Of a stretch of 64,000 nucleotides of DNA, positions 39,001 through 49,600 are shown piece after piece. Position 1 is the first letter of the stretch; every line of letters begins with the position of its first letter. The translations under genes and the position numbers were made by a program. The DNA comes from Phallusia mammillata (taxonomy: Eukaryota), in NCBI GenBank assembly GCA_965637545.1, contig OZ281495.1:13826001-13890000 (forward strand). Reading direction: 5' to 3'. The notes under the pieces were generated by a model. It made no database searches. It was not told the origin of the DNA and was given only the letters and a program-made list of their open reading frames with translations.

Positions 39001-42000
39001 ATTTTAAGCAATAATCGCCAATTTAGTAGAAAATAACTATGCTTAAATTCCAGGTTGTTCTCCGGCTTTTATAAAAAATAATCCATTTGATGCTTAAAAA
39101 CACAAAAAATATTCAAAAACAGAACCGAAAAATACGTTCTGTTTATCAAATCGCTTCCAAAAAATGCCCAAAGAGTCAAACAAAAAAAATCAAACCGCAT
39201 TGATAACTTACCGGGGCATCGATAATAGTTTCAATAATTTCTCCATTGGTGGTGTTTAACAATGTGAAGATATATCGTCGCACAATGCCATGCGGAACAG
39301 AGGGAGGGACCCAGGTAAACGTCATTGACCGGGGGCCGTCAGGTGCCAAAGAAAGATGTTCAACTTCCTCTGGTTCTGCAATGCAAGGATCAAAATTGCC
39401 AATTTTTTGATTGTGCAAACTTTAAGTCAGTGCATGGTTCTCAACATGGAAGGAAATTACTTTTTTACATGTGGTTTATAAATAGACATATAGGCTCCGG
39501 AAACATGACTTGTGAAGTTGAAAAAATACCCAAATTTAAATCATCTTTGTAATTTTAAATCAGATGGTAAACCATCTATTATGCAGCATGTAGGGAGGAA
39601 TGAAAATGTTTCGAAATGTAAAGGCAAGAATTGGTAGAAAAAGGTTGGGAAACATTGCATTAAGTAATACTTGTAGATGCAAAATGTAGGACTAGCCGAA
39701 TAAACGTAAGTTGCGAAAATGCGTAATTTAATTCTTAAAAAAGTGGTTTCTTAAACGGGGTTAGTAGGTTCAGAGGGATGTTTCCATAGGTTTCTGAAAA
39801 GTTCTCCCAATTCTGCACTGCAAATGCCAACGCTTCATCTAACGACTTCAAGAAAAATTTATTTCTTATCTATTAAAATTGAATCAATTAGACTGTTGTA
39901 TTAAACTGGTGCAAGACATTTTTTAAACACTATTTTGCGTCTCACTAACATACCCCCTTGTGCTGTTGCAAAATAATGGAAATCCGATCTAGGTCCGTCT
40001 CCTTCCACGGTGCTTGCGTAGACAGATATTCCATACATTGTAAAGGGTTGCAAGTCATTAATGCTTAAATTCGTTTCGTTGGTTGTAAATGACTCGTTTC
40101 CATCTGCTTACAGTCACATTTCAATAGGTTAAGTTTCATGTACCACTTAAAGGAGGTTTCAATTACTGTGCTGTCAACCGGTTCAAAACAAAATACTGTA
40201 CTAAGGAGTTCTTATTTCTAAATAAAAACTAGTCTGCGATAGGATTGAGAGCAACAGCAGAGATCTATTTGTGGTTAGGTTGTGTATTCTGCTATAAAGC
40301 TTCAAACGCGAATGTTTTCTTGAATAAATGTACATGTTATATTGCCAATGCCTACCTTGGAAGCTAAGCGTCACAGTGTACGTTGGAACGCCATTTGGTT
40401 TATCAGGTGGCATCCAAGAAATAGTAAGAGCTCTGGAAAGCCTAGAAATTATATGGATATTGGTGGGAGGACCCTCCGGTGGCTCCTGTCTGGTGGTAAC
40501 ACTGACAGATGTAGGTTCGCCCTCTCCAACAGCCGTCCATACGCGGACAGTGATGTTATACTCGGTATAAGGTTCAAGATTTTCGATTTTGTACTGAACC
40601 GGGCAAAGAAGTTCGAATGTGCCCTGAATGGTGTAACGTAGTTGGTAAGTACTATATCGTTTGTAGTACAGTATCAAGTTAAAACTATTGTTAGTAGCTG
40701 CTACAAGTTGGCCAAAATGTTCGTTTAACAAAAACAGCAAACTTGCGGATGCTCTCGTCGTTAATAGTAAAAATTACTTTAAAGTCGGATGTTATTAACA
40801 GGCATATGTAACTTATAAGAAGAAAAGTACTGTGTCATTTAAAAACACTATATTTAAACAACTTGCCAGAGATGATTGTTCAAGCACAGAACGACGAAGT
40901 CGATGATCACCGATGTCTACAAATTCATACAAAAGTTAATGTATAACATGTAACTTACTGTACAACAAATCCTAGCATACTTACTTCTACCCTCGCCATC
41001 CGTCGGAGCCTCGCCCTCGACGTCATCCTCACTGACGTCAACAGTCTCCTGAGGAACAATCTCGCCACCGGATTCGGGAGACGTCACTGTGACGTTAACC
41101 GCAGCGGTGGACAAATGTTGAACTTCGGAAAGCTGCTGAAGCTCTTTCGATACGTCACTTTGTGATGCGTCACTTCCACTACCAGATGACGGTGACGTGA
41201 CCACTGCGTCACCGCTGTCGTGACGTGATGGCTGAATGGCGTTGCTTGTGCTTGCATGCATGAACAGCAGAGAGCTGATCGCTTGTGGTGATGCGTTGTC
41301 CAGTATACACTTGAAGGGGTTAACGTTCTGACAACAGTGCATAAAAACAGCATAAACAATAAACTTGTTTTTGAAAAAAAAAAGATTTTTGAATTACCTG
41401 TTTCGGGTAGAAGTTGATTTCGGAAACTACGTCATAGTCTGGGTCAGTAGCGGTGAGCTGATATCTGGTGATTTCCCCGTTAGGAGATCTTGGATATTCC
41501 CACGATACAGAGGTAGTTGATGAGCTGAGTGCAGTTGCTTCCAGATTGTTTACGGGTCCTAGAAATCACATGAAAAGTTGTTATAATTGAATTAATAAAA
41601 AAGGGAATTATGACAACTATGAATGACTTAAAATTTGAGCACAGATAAATGCCAAAAATGGTTTCAAATCAATGATGTAAGATGACGACACAATGACGTG
41701 AAGGTGAATGATGATGTCATAATGAGATGATGACACTTTCCAACCTGAAAGTGACTCTTGAACTTTGACGCGTTCGAGATCGGTAAACGGCCCCTGGCCT
41801 GCAGAGTTTACTGCCGCAATCTTAACATAGTAGGTTGCACCGTGTTCCACGTCACTGATCACGTGATTGGTCAGCGGAGCGCTTACGTTGACTTCGCTGA
41901 ATTGCTCGCTCGGGTGGGGAAAGAACTGGGGCAGTTAAGGTATTTTTTAAACTTGCCATTTGTTTTCCAATAGTAAGATTTTATTAAGACACTATACCAA

Positions 42001-42209
42001 TGCTTTGAGTGTTTGTCGTAGGCTGCTGGGCCTAATACATTATTCTATGGGCATTGCTTGTTGTTCGCGCCAAGACGATAAAAAAGGTTTAAAAAACTAG
42101 TGTTGCGCATTGCGTTGCGTTTGAAACTAGTAAGCAAAGAAAAGATGCTTACCTGTCTAAACTGTAAGATGTAAAACAAGATTTTTCCATTTGGATGTTG
42201 CGGTTTATC
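18060..42209 (-). CDS. PTPRQ: R3-subtype receptor protein tyrosine phosphatase, PTPRQ-like; 5' end lost in the gap
   Basis: At least 19 FN3 repeats (e.g. VPSSPRDVTIADTKSTQLTISW...PNGVILGY), an R3 membrane-proximal domain (CNGPLKTDTEYR|VKYRAETTNGAITDTPYSE), a TM helix (LIIGVAAAVGAFIIILVTSVVIL, ~21405-21477) and one PTP domain (KNRHAKLVPFDHSRVKL...DYINASFI...DFWRLIW...VVMCTSGSGRCG...MVQT). Last exon 18060-18088 ends EETVF*. Orthology to PTPRQ is inferred from architecture, not from a tree. Confidence 0.85.
25830..26060 (+). mobile_element. Possible highly decayed tRNA-derived SINE
   Basis: GC-richer island in an intron with weak A-box-like (tgtagtaatatgagc) and B-box-like (gggctcaaatttc) motifs at tRNA spacing. 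No second copy seen. Confidence 0.25.
26729..28398 (+). CDS. Nested Ly6/uPAR (three-finger) family protein with signal peptide and probable GPI signal, 238 aa
   Basis: Exons 26729-26795, 27155-27396 and 27991-28398 splice in frame. N-terminal MANKCCIALLSIINVGVA; Cys pattern CFACSGLEC...C.YGDVCW...FRGC...CKSCCVTDYCN (terminal CCxxxxCN hallmark); hydrophobic C-terminus CFIAVIWWITLVITF. It lies in the 4177-bp PTP intron 24826-29002 on the opposite strand. Confidence 0.85.
35059..35400. mobile_element. hAT (Charlie-like) MITE, 342 bp
   Basis: Perfect 16-bp TIR cagtggttcccaaact / agtttgggaaccactg and perfect 8-bp TSD ggctacca (35051-35058, 35401-35408). Confidence 0.95.
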
Positions 42210-42409
42210 NNNNNNNNNNNNNNNNNNNNNNNNNNNNNNNNNNNNNNNNNNNNNNNNNNNNNNNNNNNNNNNNNNNNNNNNNNNNNNNNNNNNNNNNNNN
42301 NNNNNNNNNNNNNNNNNNNNNNNNNNNNNNNNNNNNNNNNNNNNNNNNNNNNNNNNNNNNNNNNNNNNNNNNNNNNNNNNNNNNNNNNNNNNNNNNNNNN
42401 NNNNNNNNN
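42210..42409. other. Assembly gap (200 N)
   Basis: Run of 200 n. It interrupts an FN3-coding exon (DKPQHPNGKILFYILQFRQ) of the PTP gene, and the true size is unknown. Confidence 1.
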
Positions 42410-42420
42410 TAAGATAAATG

Positions 42421-42926
42421 AAAACGGTTTTCAAAGGTCAGCTCTAAACTACATCTAGTAAACGCATAAAAAATATCTTTAGAATCTAACCACCACATGA
42501 TAAATGAGAGGCGTACATCATAAGCGAACGAAGGGCATGACCGCTTTAAAATGATTTTTCGCGCTGACGACCTTTGTAGCATATACAGGCTCCAGAACAC
42601 AAACGACATAAAGTATTGAAAACGTTTTTCACAGGTTAACTTTAAACTAGACCTACGTCGAGTGAACGCATGCAAAATATCAATCAATCATTATCATTAC
42701 CCTAAAATCAATAGGCGCTCATCATCACTATACTTTGAGATTGTATTCTACGCGCTACAAGAAATTTACATGCTATAGGCCTACATGAAATCGACAGCAC
42801 TAGCGGTCATGCCCTTCGTTCGCTTATGATGTACGCCTCTCATTTATCATGTGGTGGTTAGATTCTAAAGATATTTTTTATGCGTTTACTAGATGTAGTT
42901 TAGAGCTGACCTGTGAAAACCGTTTT
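42421..42926. mobile_element. Foldback/MITE-like element with 125-bp inverted arms
   Basis: 42421-42545 is the reverse complement of 42802-42926 with one mismatch; 256-bp spacer; no TSD seen. Confidence 0.7.
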
Positions 42927-42999
42927 TGTTTACATCAAGGCCTTTGTGATTTTAAACCAGTTAATACTAGTACTTAAAATGATGAAATAACAAATGCAC

Positions 43000-44500
43000 A
43001 GTTAAGGGCAACATTTTATTAATGAAAAAATGAACCCAATTTCCACACAATAACATACTCATATTGGGTGCCACAGTTATATGAAAGAAGAAATAAATGT
43101 GAAGAGGATAAATAATTAGAAGATTGATTTATCAAGCAAAAACCTGCATTTACAATGAGTACACTAAAAAGGGGTCATCAAGTGAACAGACTGAGAAACA
43201 AAAAAGGTGAAACAACATTCAGCTGAAAATGCAATGTGTTGCGAGTTACTGAAATAAAATTAAACCAGCTACCATGTGAAAGATGAGGTTGTATCAAACA
43301 AGCTATCATAGAGATTACTGGTTGAAAATGAAGGTTTTTCATTCCTGTCTGATGAATCACTTTTACTGAAAGAGTCTACATCAAAGTGAAAATGTATAAA
43401 TATTTACCCAAGAGATGCTTTTTTAACGACGCCATGATTATGTCATGTAGGTAAGACAGCGTTAATACCAACAAATGTTTAAACACATCTAACCAACACA
43501 ACAAGTTTGCCTTAATTTGGGTACGAGATTAAAATAACACCAGCAAATCATTGAACACATCTAACATAACAAGTTTGCTTTAAATTGGGCACAAGAATTG
43601 TTAAATAAACCTGCCTTCGGGTAGTACAGCGGCAAAAAACACACATATTTCGATTCATGTAAAACTGAAGTGTGTGGTGAATATCTTAAAATAAAATGTT
43701 CCCATGCAAGCGAGGCAAGAAGCATTTTGTATGCATCAATGATTTAGCTGACACTTCAGTCAGCTCATTTCACCCACACCATTCTTCCACAATCAATTAC
43801 TTTCTTCCATGTTGTCCAAGGCAATCTTGAATTACCTTTGGAATGATTCTGCTGCTATTTTCTGCTTCTATTCAGTTTTCCAGATGTTGAACTGCAACAA
43901 AAAATAAAAGAAAAAGTGTAGGCAACATTTAATTTGACAAGTAGGAGTTTACACAAAAATGCTTGAGTTAGGCCAGTAGAAATGAAAGCCAATGTTTTAC
44001 AAAACCAGGATCACACTAGAGATGAGCTACCATATTTTTAAACATGCCTAACAAATAACAAATTACCATCTGCTAAAATAATAGAAACAGTTGAGAATGA
44101 CAAGCATATCATGACAATTGATAACCACTTACCATGTATCATTGCTTTTCAAATCCAATGTCCCAAGTCCTTCATTTGATAGTGTGCTAGGCCTTAGTTT
44201 GCTTCATGAAGCACTAGAAATGCTTCCCCCACCCTGAACTGTCACTTTTCATTACTCCATTTGTTATCAAAACATGGATGCCTATTAGATACAACAACCT
44301 TGGCCCATTTTGTATTTTACAGTTTACAATCGAGGAGAATCTGGTACTGCTGCTATTTCACTGCTTAAAATGCGTTTGCTTTTGTCATAACAGTTCACAT
44401 GTAACTGCCAATTTCATGTAAAACTCATTTCACCTGCGATTATTTCCACAGAAAATATAATATTTTTCAATAAAAAATAAATTTAATGCTTCACTACCAT
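43000..44500 (-). ncRNA. Candidate spliced long non-coding RNA, divergent from ZSWIM7 (possible snoRNA host)
   Basis: Canonical introns 44282-44433, 43892-44132 (ATG|gtaagt ... ctttttcttttattttttgttgcag), 43685-43835 and 43249-43610. Exons 2 and 3 have stops in all three frames. AATAAA at 43015-43020; CpG-depleted body. Ends are approximate. Confidence 0.5.
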
Positions 44501-44900
44501 TGCCGATAAAATCGGGCTGTGTTATAACACATGTTCTAAAATTATAACACCGCCCGATAAGAAACGGGGATTTTTTCATAACACAAGCGCTTCTAATCGA
44601 GCACTTGTTGACGAATCGGGTGTCACGATGTACCCTACACAATTCCTAAACATTTTTCGCTATCGAGTTTGCGAGCGCATGCGCAGTGATACTGACCGGC
44701 AGAATAACATCCGGTTGTTTCAAAAGATGGTCTTTTTTCTGAAATAATTTTTTTTTTACGGATTTAAGAGTAAAAATTTGGGTGCGTATTATACATGGGT
44801 ACAGGCTTTTTTCCAGCATCGACATGCCATTTTTAGGGTGCGTATTATACACGGGGGCGCACTATACTTGGAAAATTACGGTATATATTGCAAAGAAAAT
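44480..44900. promoter_or_regulatory. CpG-rich bidirectional promoter (ncRNA candidate / ZSWIM7) with NRF1-type site
   Basis: About 24 CpG in 44481-44880 by hand count, against near-zero in the flanks. GCGCATGCGCA at 44675-44685 matches the NRF1 palindrome. Confidence 0.65.
44780..44883. mobile_element. Right end of a Tc1/mariner Tc2-like (pogo-type) element remnant
   Basis: Twice-repeated gggtgcgtattatac motif followed by ...ggaaaattacggTA, the typical Tc2-family terminus (reverse complement TA-CCGTAATTTTCC). No matching left end found. Confidence 0.6.
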
Positions 44901-44906
44901 GCTGTC

Positions 44907-46246
44907 ATGAGTTCTGTGCTGGAGCAAGTGTCATCAGAATTATTCAAGGAAGTCAAGCATGAATACCTTCTGAATGGGCATTGTAAGTTTACATTTTGTT
45001 ATTGGCACACATGGATTCAGAAACTAGATTGTATCGTGTGTGTGGAAGTGATTTTCCTCATTGAAATTTACTGTCAACTAAAACTGTGTGATCAACTAGA
45101 TTATGTTTGTGGCAAAATGGTGTGTATTCTTTGATTTAATATGAAGTAATTTTTGTTTTGCAGTATCAGACAGCATTTTGTCAGCGTGAGTATTGGTTGC
45201 ATGAAAGTGTAAAAATGTTACTCATATATATACCATGTGTCTTAAATATTTGCAACGAATTTGGGTTCTACTTCAAAGGATGTTATTTGTTTCTCAAAAT
45301 ATGTGCGCATTGCAAATGTTGTGTCACAGTGTTTATGTTTGCATAAAAAATGTTTAGGTTAAACTGTGTGTTTGGACAACCACTTCTCTCTGCGTTAGAC
45401 TTAGTTGACAAAAGAGCAGTGGCAAGATTGTATTCACAAAGTGGAAGAGAAGTTTTTCAGGTACATTTTCTACACAAAGAGTTAATGGGAGTTTTGTATA
45501 TTTCAAGGAAATGTTTTCCGTCACAAAATGCAGAAATATTGGCAATTCTTTAGGTTTGTGGTTCATCTGGAAGAACTTACGTTTGTCCTGACTCCTTGCA
45601 GTTTTGCCCCTGCATGTCTTTTTCCTTTGGTGTGATCAAACGTGGTGAACTGCTTTTGGTAAGAGAGAACATGTACGAAACATGCATTGCAATGTAAATC
45701 TTTTTCTGTTTTACAAGTTCTTTAAATTTACCAATGAAATGGAATAAACTTATATTTGTAAATGAACCAGTTTGGGTCAAAACATAAATTTAAAATGCAG
45801 AAACATGTGACAAGTGCTGGTTTTTACCAAATCTATGCATAGTGTGTTGGTCAGAACTACCCTTGTTATATGTGCGTTGTGTCAATTAAGGGTTTAGGGT
45901 GGCAAAATATAAAAAAATGTGCAAGTTTACATGCAAATCATCTGAACACCAGTCAGCCTGTAAGGGAGTGAACTGAATCATCGGACTATATTGGATTCGG
46001 TGTATAGTGAAACACTTCCTGTAATTTGGACTTTGTCACCGCATGTTACATATTTCATGAATGGATGAGATGTTCCAAAAGCAGTTGACATGCAATGTTC
46101 AATGTACAGTCTGTTATGATTGTTGTTGTTACTTGCAGTGTAAGCATTTGCTAGCTATCCATCTGTGCAAGGCAATGGGAGTTTGCACTGAAGTTGAGAA
46201 AACTGATGTAGAGATTTCAACCATTCTGTACCAGCAAGAGTATTAA
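44907..46246 (+). CDS. ZSWIM7: Zinc finger SWIM domain protein 7 (SWS1, Shu complex), 137 aa
   Basis: Exons 44907-44982, 45164-45185, 45358-45460, 45554-45658 and 46139-46246 splice in frame: MSSVLEQVSSELFKEV...SALDLVDKR...SQSGREVFQVCGSSGRTYVC...FCPCMSF...CKHLLAIHL (SWIM CxC...CKH). Confidence 0.93.
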
Positions 46247-46651
46247 TTTATGAAAGGTGACATTTAATTTTCATGTGGATTGTTTCATACAAATAATCAC
46301 GTTAAACTGTGATTTATAGGTATTTTTTGCAATCATGTCATTTAAAATTTGTAAATTACGCTGTTCAATGTCAGGACAGTTACAATATTTAAATTTAAAT
46401 GCTTACATTACAACATTCTACCTTCTTTACTCTGTGAATTAACTGAAACTTTAAAAAAAACTGATAAAACGGATAGCATTTTAAAATCTGTAGGTCACAC
46501 TTATAGAATAAGTAAGTCATAAACTGTTTGAAGGTTTGTGATCAGTTAAGCATTAAATTACCTTGCATTCATTTTCAAACAGATATCTGTTGCCATGGAA
46601 ACTTCAGCTGTTTTTTTTTTTCTCTGTCTCTCTCTGTTGGTTGCAGTGCAG

Positions 46652-49600
46652 ATGACAACATGGCCATTTCTACTCAATCTCTGCCTGTCTTCCTTTATCA
46701 CTGTATTTATGTTGTATTTTGCCTTGCTGACAGTAACGTTGCTGCCGTTGGAAAGTTTGTTACTGCAACTTTATGAGAAAACTGGTAAGCATTTTTGCAA
46801 ACGATAACCAAAGAAAATCATAAGCCTAATTAGTAACGATGTAGTACATACCTAGTTAGCAAAAATCAAGGCAGGTGAGCATTTAAACAAAAAAAATTTA
46901 AATTATTAGGGATGGGTCAAAATTGCTCTGTTTTGTTCTGTTTGGTTGAACACCGAGCATCTCATGTTAATGCTTGGTGCTCGGCCAAGTACGCTTGGTG
47001 TGCGTCTCAAACATTCTTAATTCCACCCTAGTTTTGTAACTTTTTAAGGTCCCTTACATCACCAATTAGGTGTTAAGCTGTACAGGTCCCAGAAGTGCAC
47101 ATTTTTCTACCATCTGCTCGGCCGAGCACCAAGCATAAAAGGCAGTGGGATGGGTACAGAGTGCTCAGGTTCTGACTCTCTCGGCTCATCCCTAATTTTT
47201 ATTCATGTAAAATACTATTCACAAAGTGCCATTAGTGATGTTACTTTGTCAGTTTATTATGGCTCCAAATATCTGTTTTTAGACACCCAGTTTGTTTGGG
47301 TTTTCCAATGACTTTTATAATAAGCTTTTTATATTTTCAGCCACTAAGAGTAACAAAGCTGATAGCAAAGAACTGGAAAGCAGCAAAGTTGAAACTGGTG
47401 CCGAAAATGCCTTTGATGATGAAATCACAAGGAAACTTCGTGAGATTATTGGACACATAATAAGGGACTTTATACTGGACTGGTGTGTATTTACAAATAT
47501 ATACTTGTTCAGTGCTAATCAAAATCTAAACTGTCATAGTGCTTGCATATTGTAACATCTCAACATTTGATAAAATGATCAGTACACAGTTATGTAACTT
47601 CTCCGCAATTTAATGTACTCAAGTACACCAAAATTACTCCTAGTGACACGCCCATTGAAGGTGTGATACCAGGTTAATCCAGTCTCATAGTATTACCATA
47701 TGGCAAGGCACAGGGTAGAAAAATCTATTTGATTGCTTCGGTATAACGTCTTCAATGGACCTGGCGCAGTATGATTTATGTATGAGTATGCTGTCACCAA
47801 TGGATGCTTCAAGGCTGATCCCATAATGAATGTATTCATCTTAGCTGCACCAAAATGTTGCATATTCTGTTAGTGTAAACTTGTCATTGGGCAACATTTT
47901 TTTTCTGCCATTTAAAGGTAGCACTCACCAGTCTCCAGTTTTGTCCAATACTTAGCCACTAAATGACTAGTATTTTTTAAACCCTTACCATTTTTTGTCA
48001 TCAAACAAGTGACATTCTACTAAAAAAAACATTTCGGTTTTGTGCAGGTACAATACAGTCAGTGATGATGTACATTTTGTACAGCAAGCATTCGAAATAT
48101 TTGAGCACATTTTTATGGATGTTCGAGTGCGAGTGTCTAAAGTAGAATCACAAAGATTGGCCAGAATTCTTCTTTGCCACTTATCCAGACATTACCGCTG
48201 TTATCGAAGAGCCATGTTGATTGCAGAAGCACAAAGTGGAAAAGACAGTGACAGGTTGGAAAATTACTTTTTACTCTATTGTATTGTAAAAGTGTAAACA
48301 CTTGACTGCAAGGTAAAAAGGCCCTATATGGGCCACCTGCTGATTTTAAGATTGTTGGAGTAAATACAATGCTTATACTAGAGCAAAGTCTTATTCTTTT
48401 ACATTACGATTTGGTTAGTCACAACATACATGTGAATGTATCTCACGGAAGCAAAGCAACCTAAATGCTTGACGGGTTGTATGAGCAGCCTTAGGCGCCG
48501 AACACGGGTATGCCGGGTATGCCAGGCATACCCGGACGAAAACCTCGGGTATGCCGCATACTCGAGAATTGGACCAACGTTAGTCATGCGTTCATGGAAA
48601 TTATTGTGATACGATTCAATACGTAACATACACAATTGATTTCAATCGCGGTTATTGTTTCACAACCCAAGAATTGTTTGCTGTGATTACAATTGTAACG
48701 TCTTCGGGAAGCATTGGAATTTAAATATTAAAGGATGGTAAAAAGCACAACAAAGGTATTGGCGCTCGCTTACGGGAGTAGGGGAAACGCCGCTGCCCCG
48801 AGTTATACGTCAACAACCACGTGATAAAAAAGTTTAGCGTTTATGAACTAAATTGTGAGAATGCAGTCCAATCTTTGTTCTAACTGGCTCTACCGCAAGG
48901 ACAGCGACTGTCTAGTTATAACCGAAAAAACAATAACGCTTACTGTTACGTCACAAACGTATAGGTTGGTACTTAAAATTAACGTGTTAGCTCGTCGAAA
49001 GTTTCTGGCAGTTTAGTAATTTGCGACGTAAGGTGACGTCCCAACTAAATCTTTTTATCTGTATTGTCCGCCTCCCCGTTATTTCGGCAAGTGGGTCCAT
49101 TTTTTTGCAATGTGTAACGCGGTGTTGCCACGCACAAACATGCGTTGAATTGCAACAGAAGCAGAAGGGCCTACCGGTGGAATTACGTTGCGTAAACATA
49201 TAAACTGCAAGCTTTAACGTAGTCTCACCATGTTAGCGACAGGGAATGAATTTGGTATTTCATGACGTCATTTTGTGACGTCACATAATATGGCATACCC
49301 GGGAAAAATTTATAGTCGGCGCCTATGTGAGCAGCATATAAATAACAGCCTTGCCACTCCTGGTTGACTTGATATTCACATTCCCATTATTAATCCAGGC
49401 ACCAACAACTCATGGTTGTGACATACGAAAAACTAAACGGCCATCTTGCGATGTCTAACCTCCCAGACACAGAAGCAGACCACCTTCGTTCAATGGTAGC
49501 AGTATTGCTCAAAGCATTATTGCCCAAAGACTACTCACTTTCTGGAACTTCTCTGTACTTGGTGCGAGAGCTTATCTCAAGAAATGTCCTCTTTCCATTC

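Noticed and set aside
43467-43596. Two diverged ~60-bp direct repeats with a 72-bp period
   Set aside because: An ordinary intronic tandem duplication with no structure or motif.
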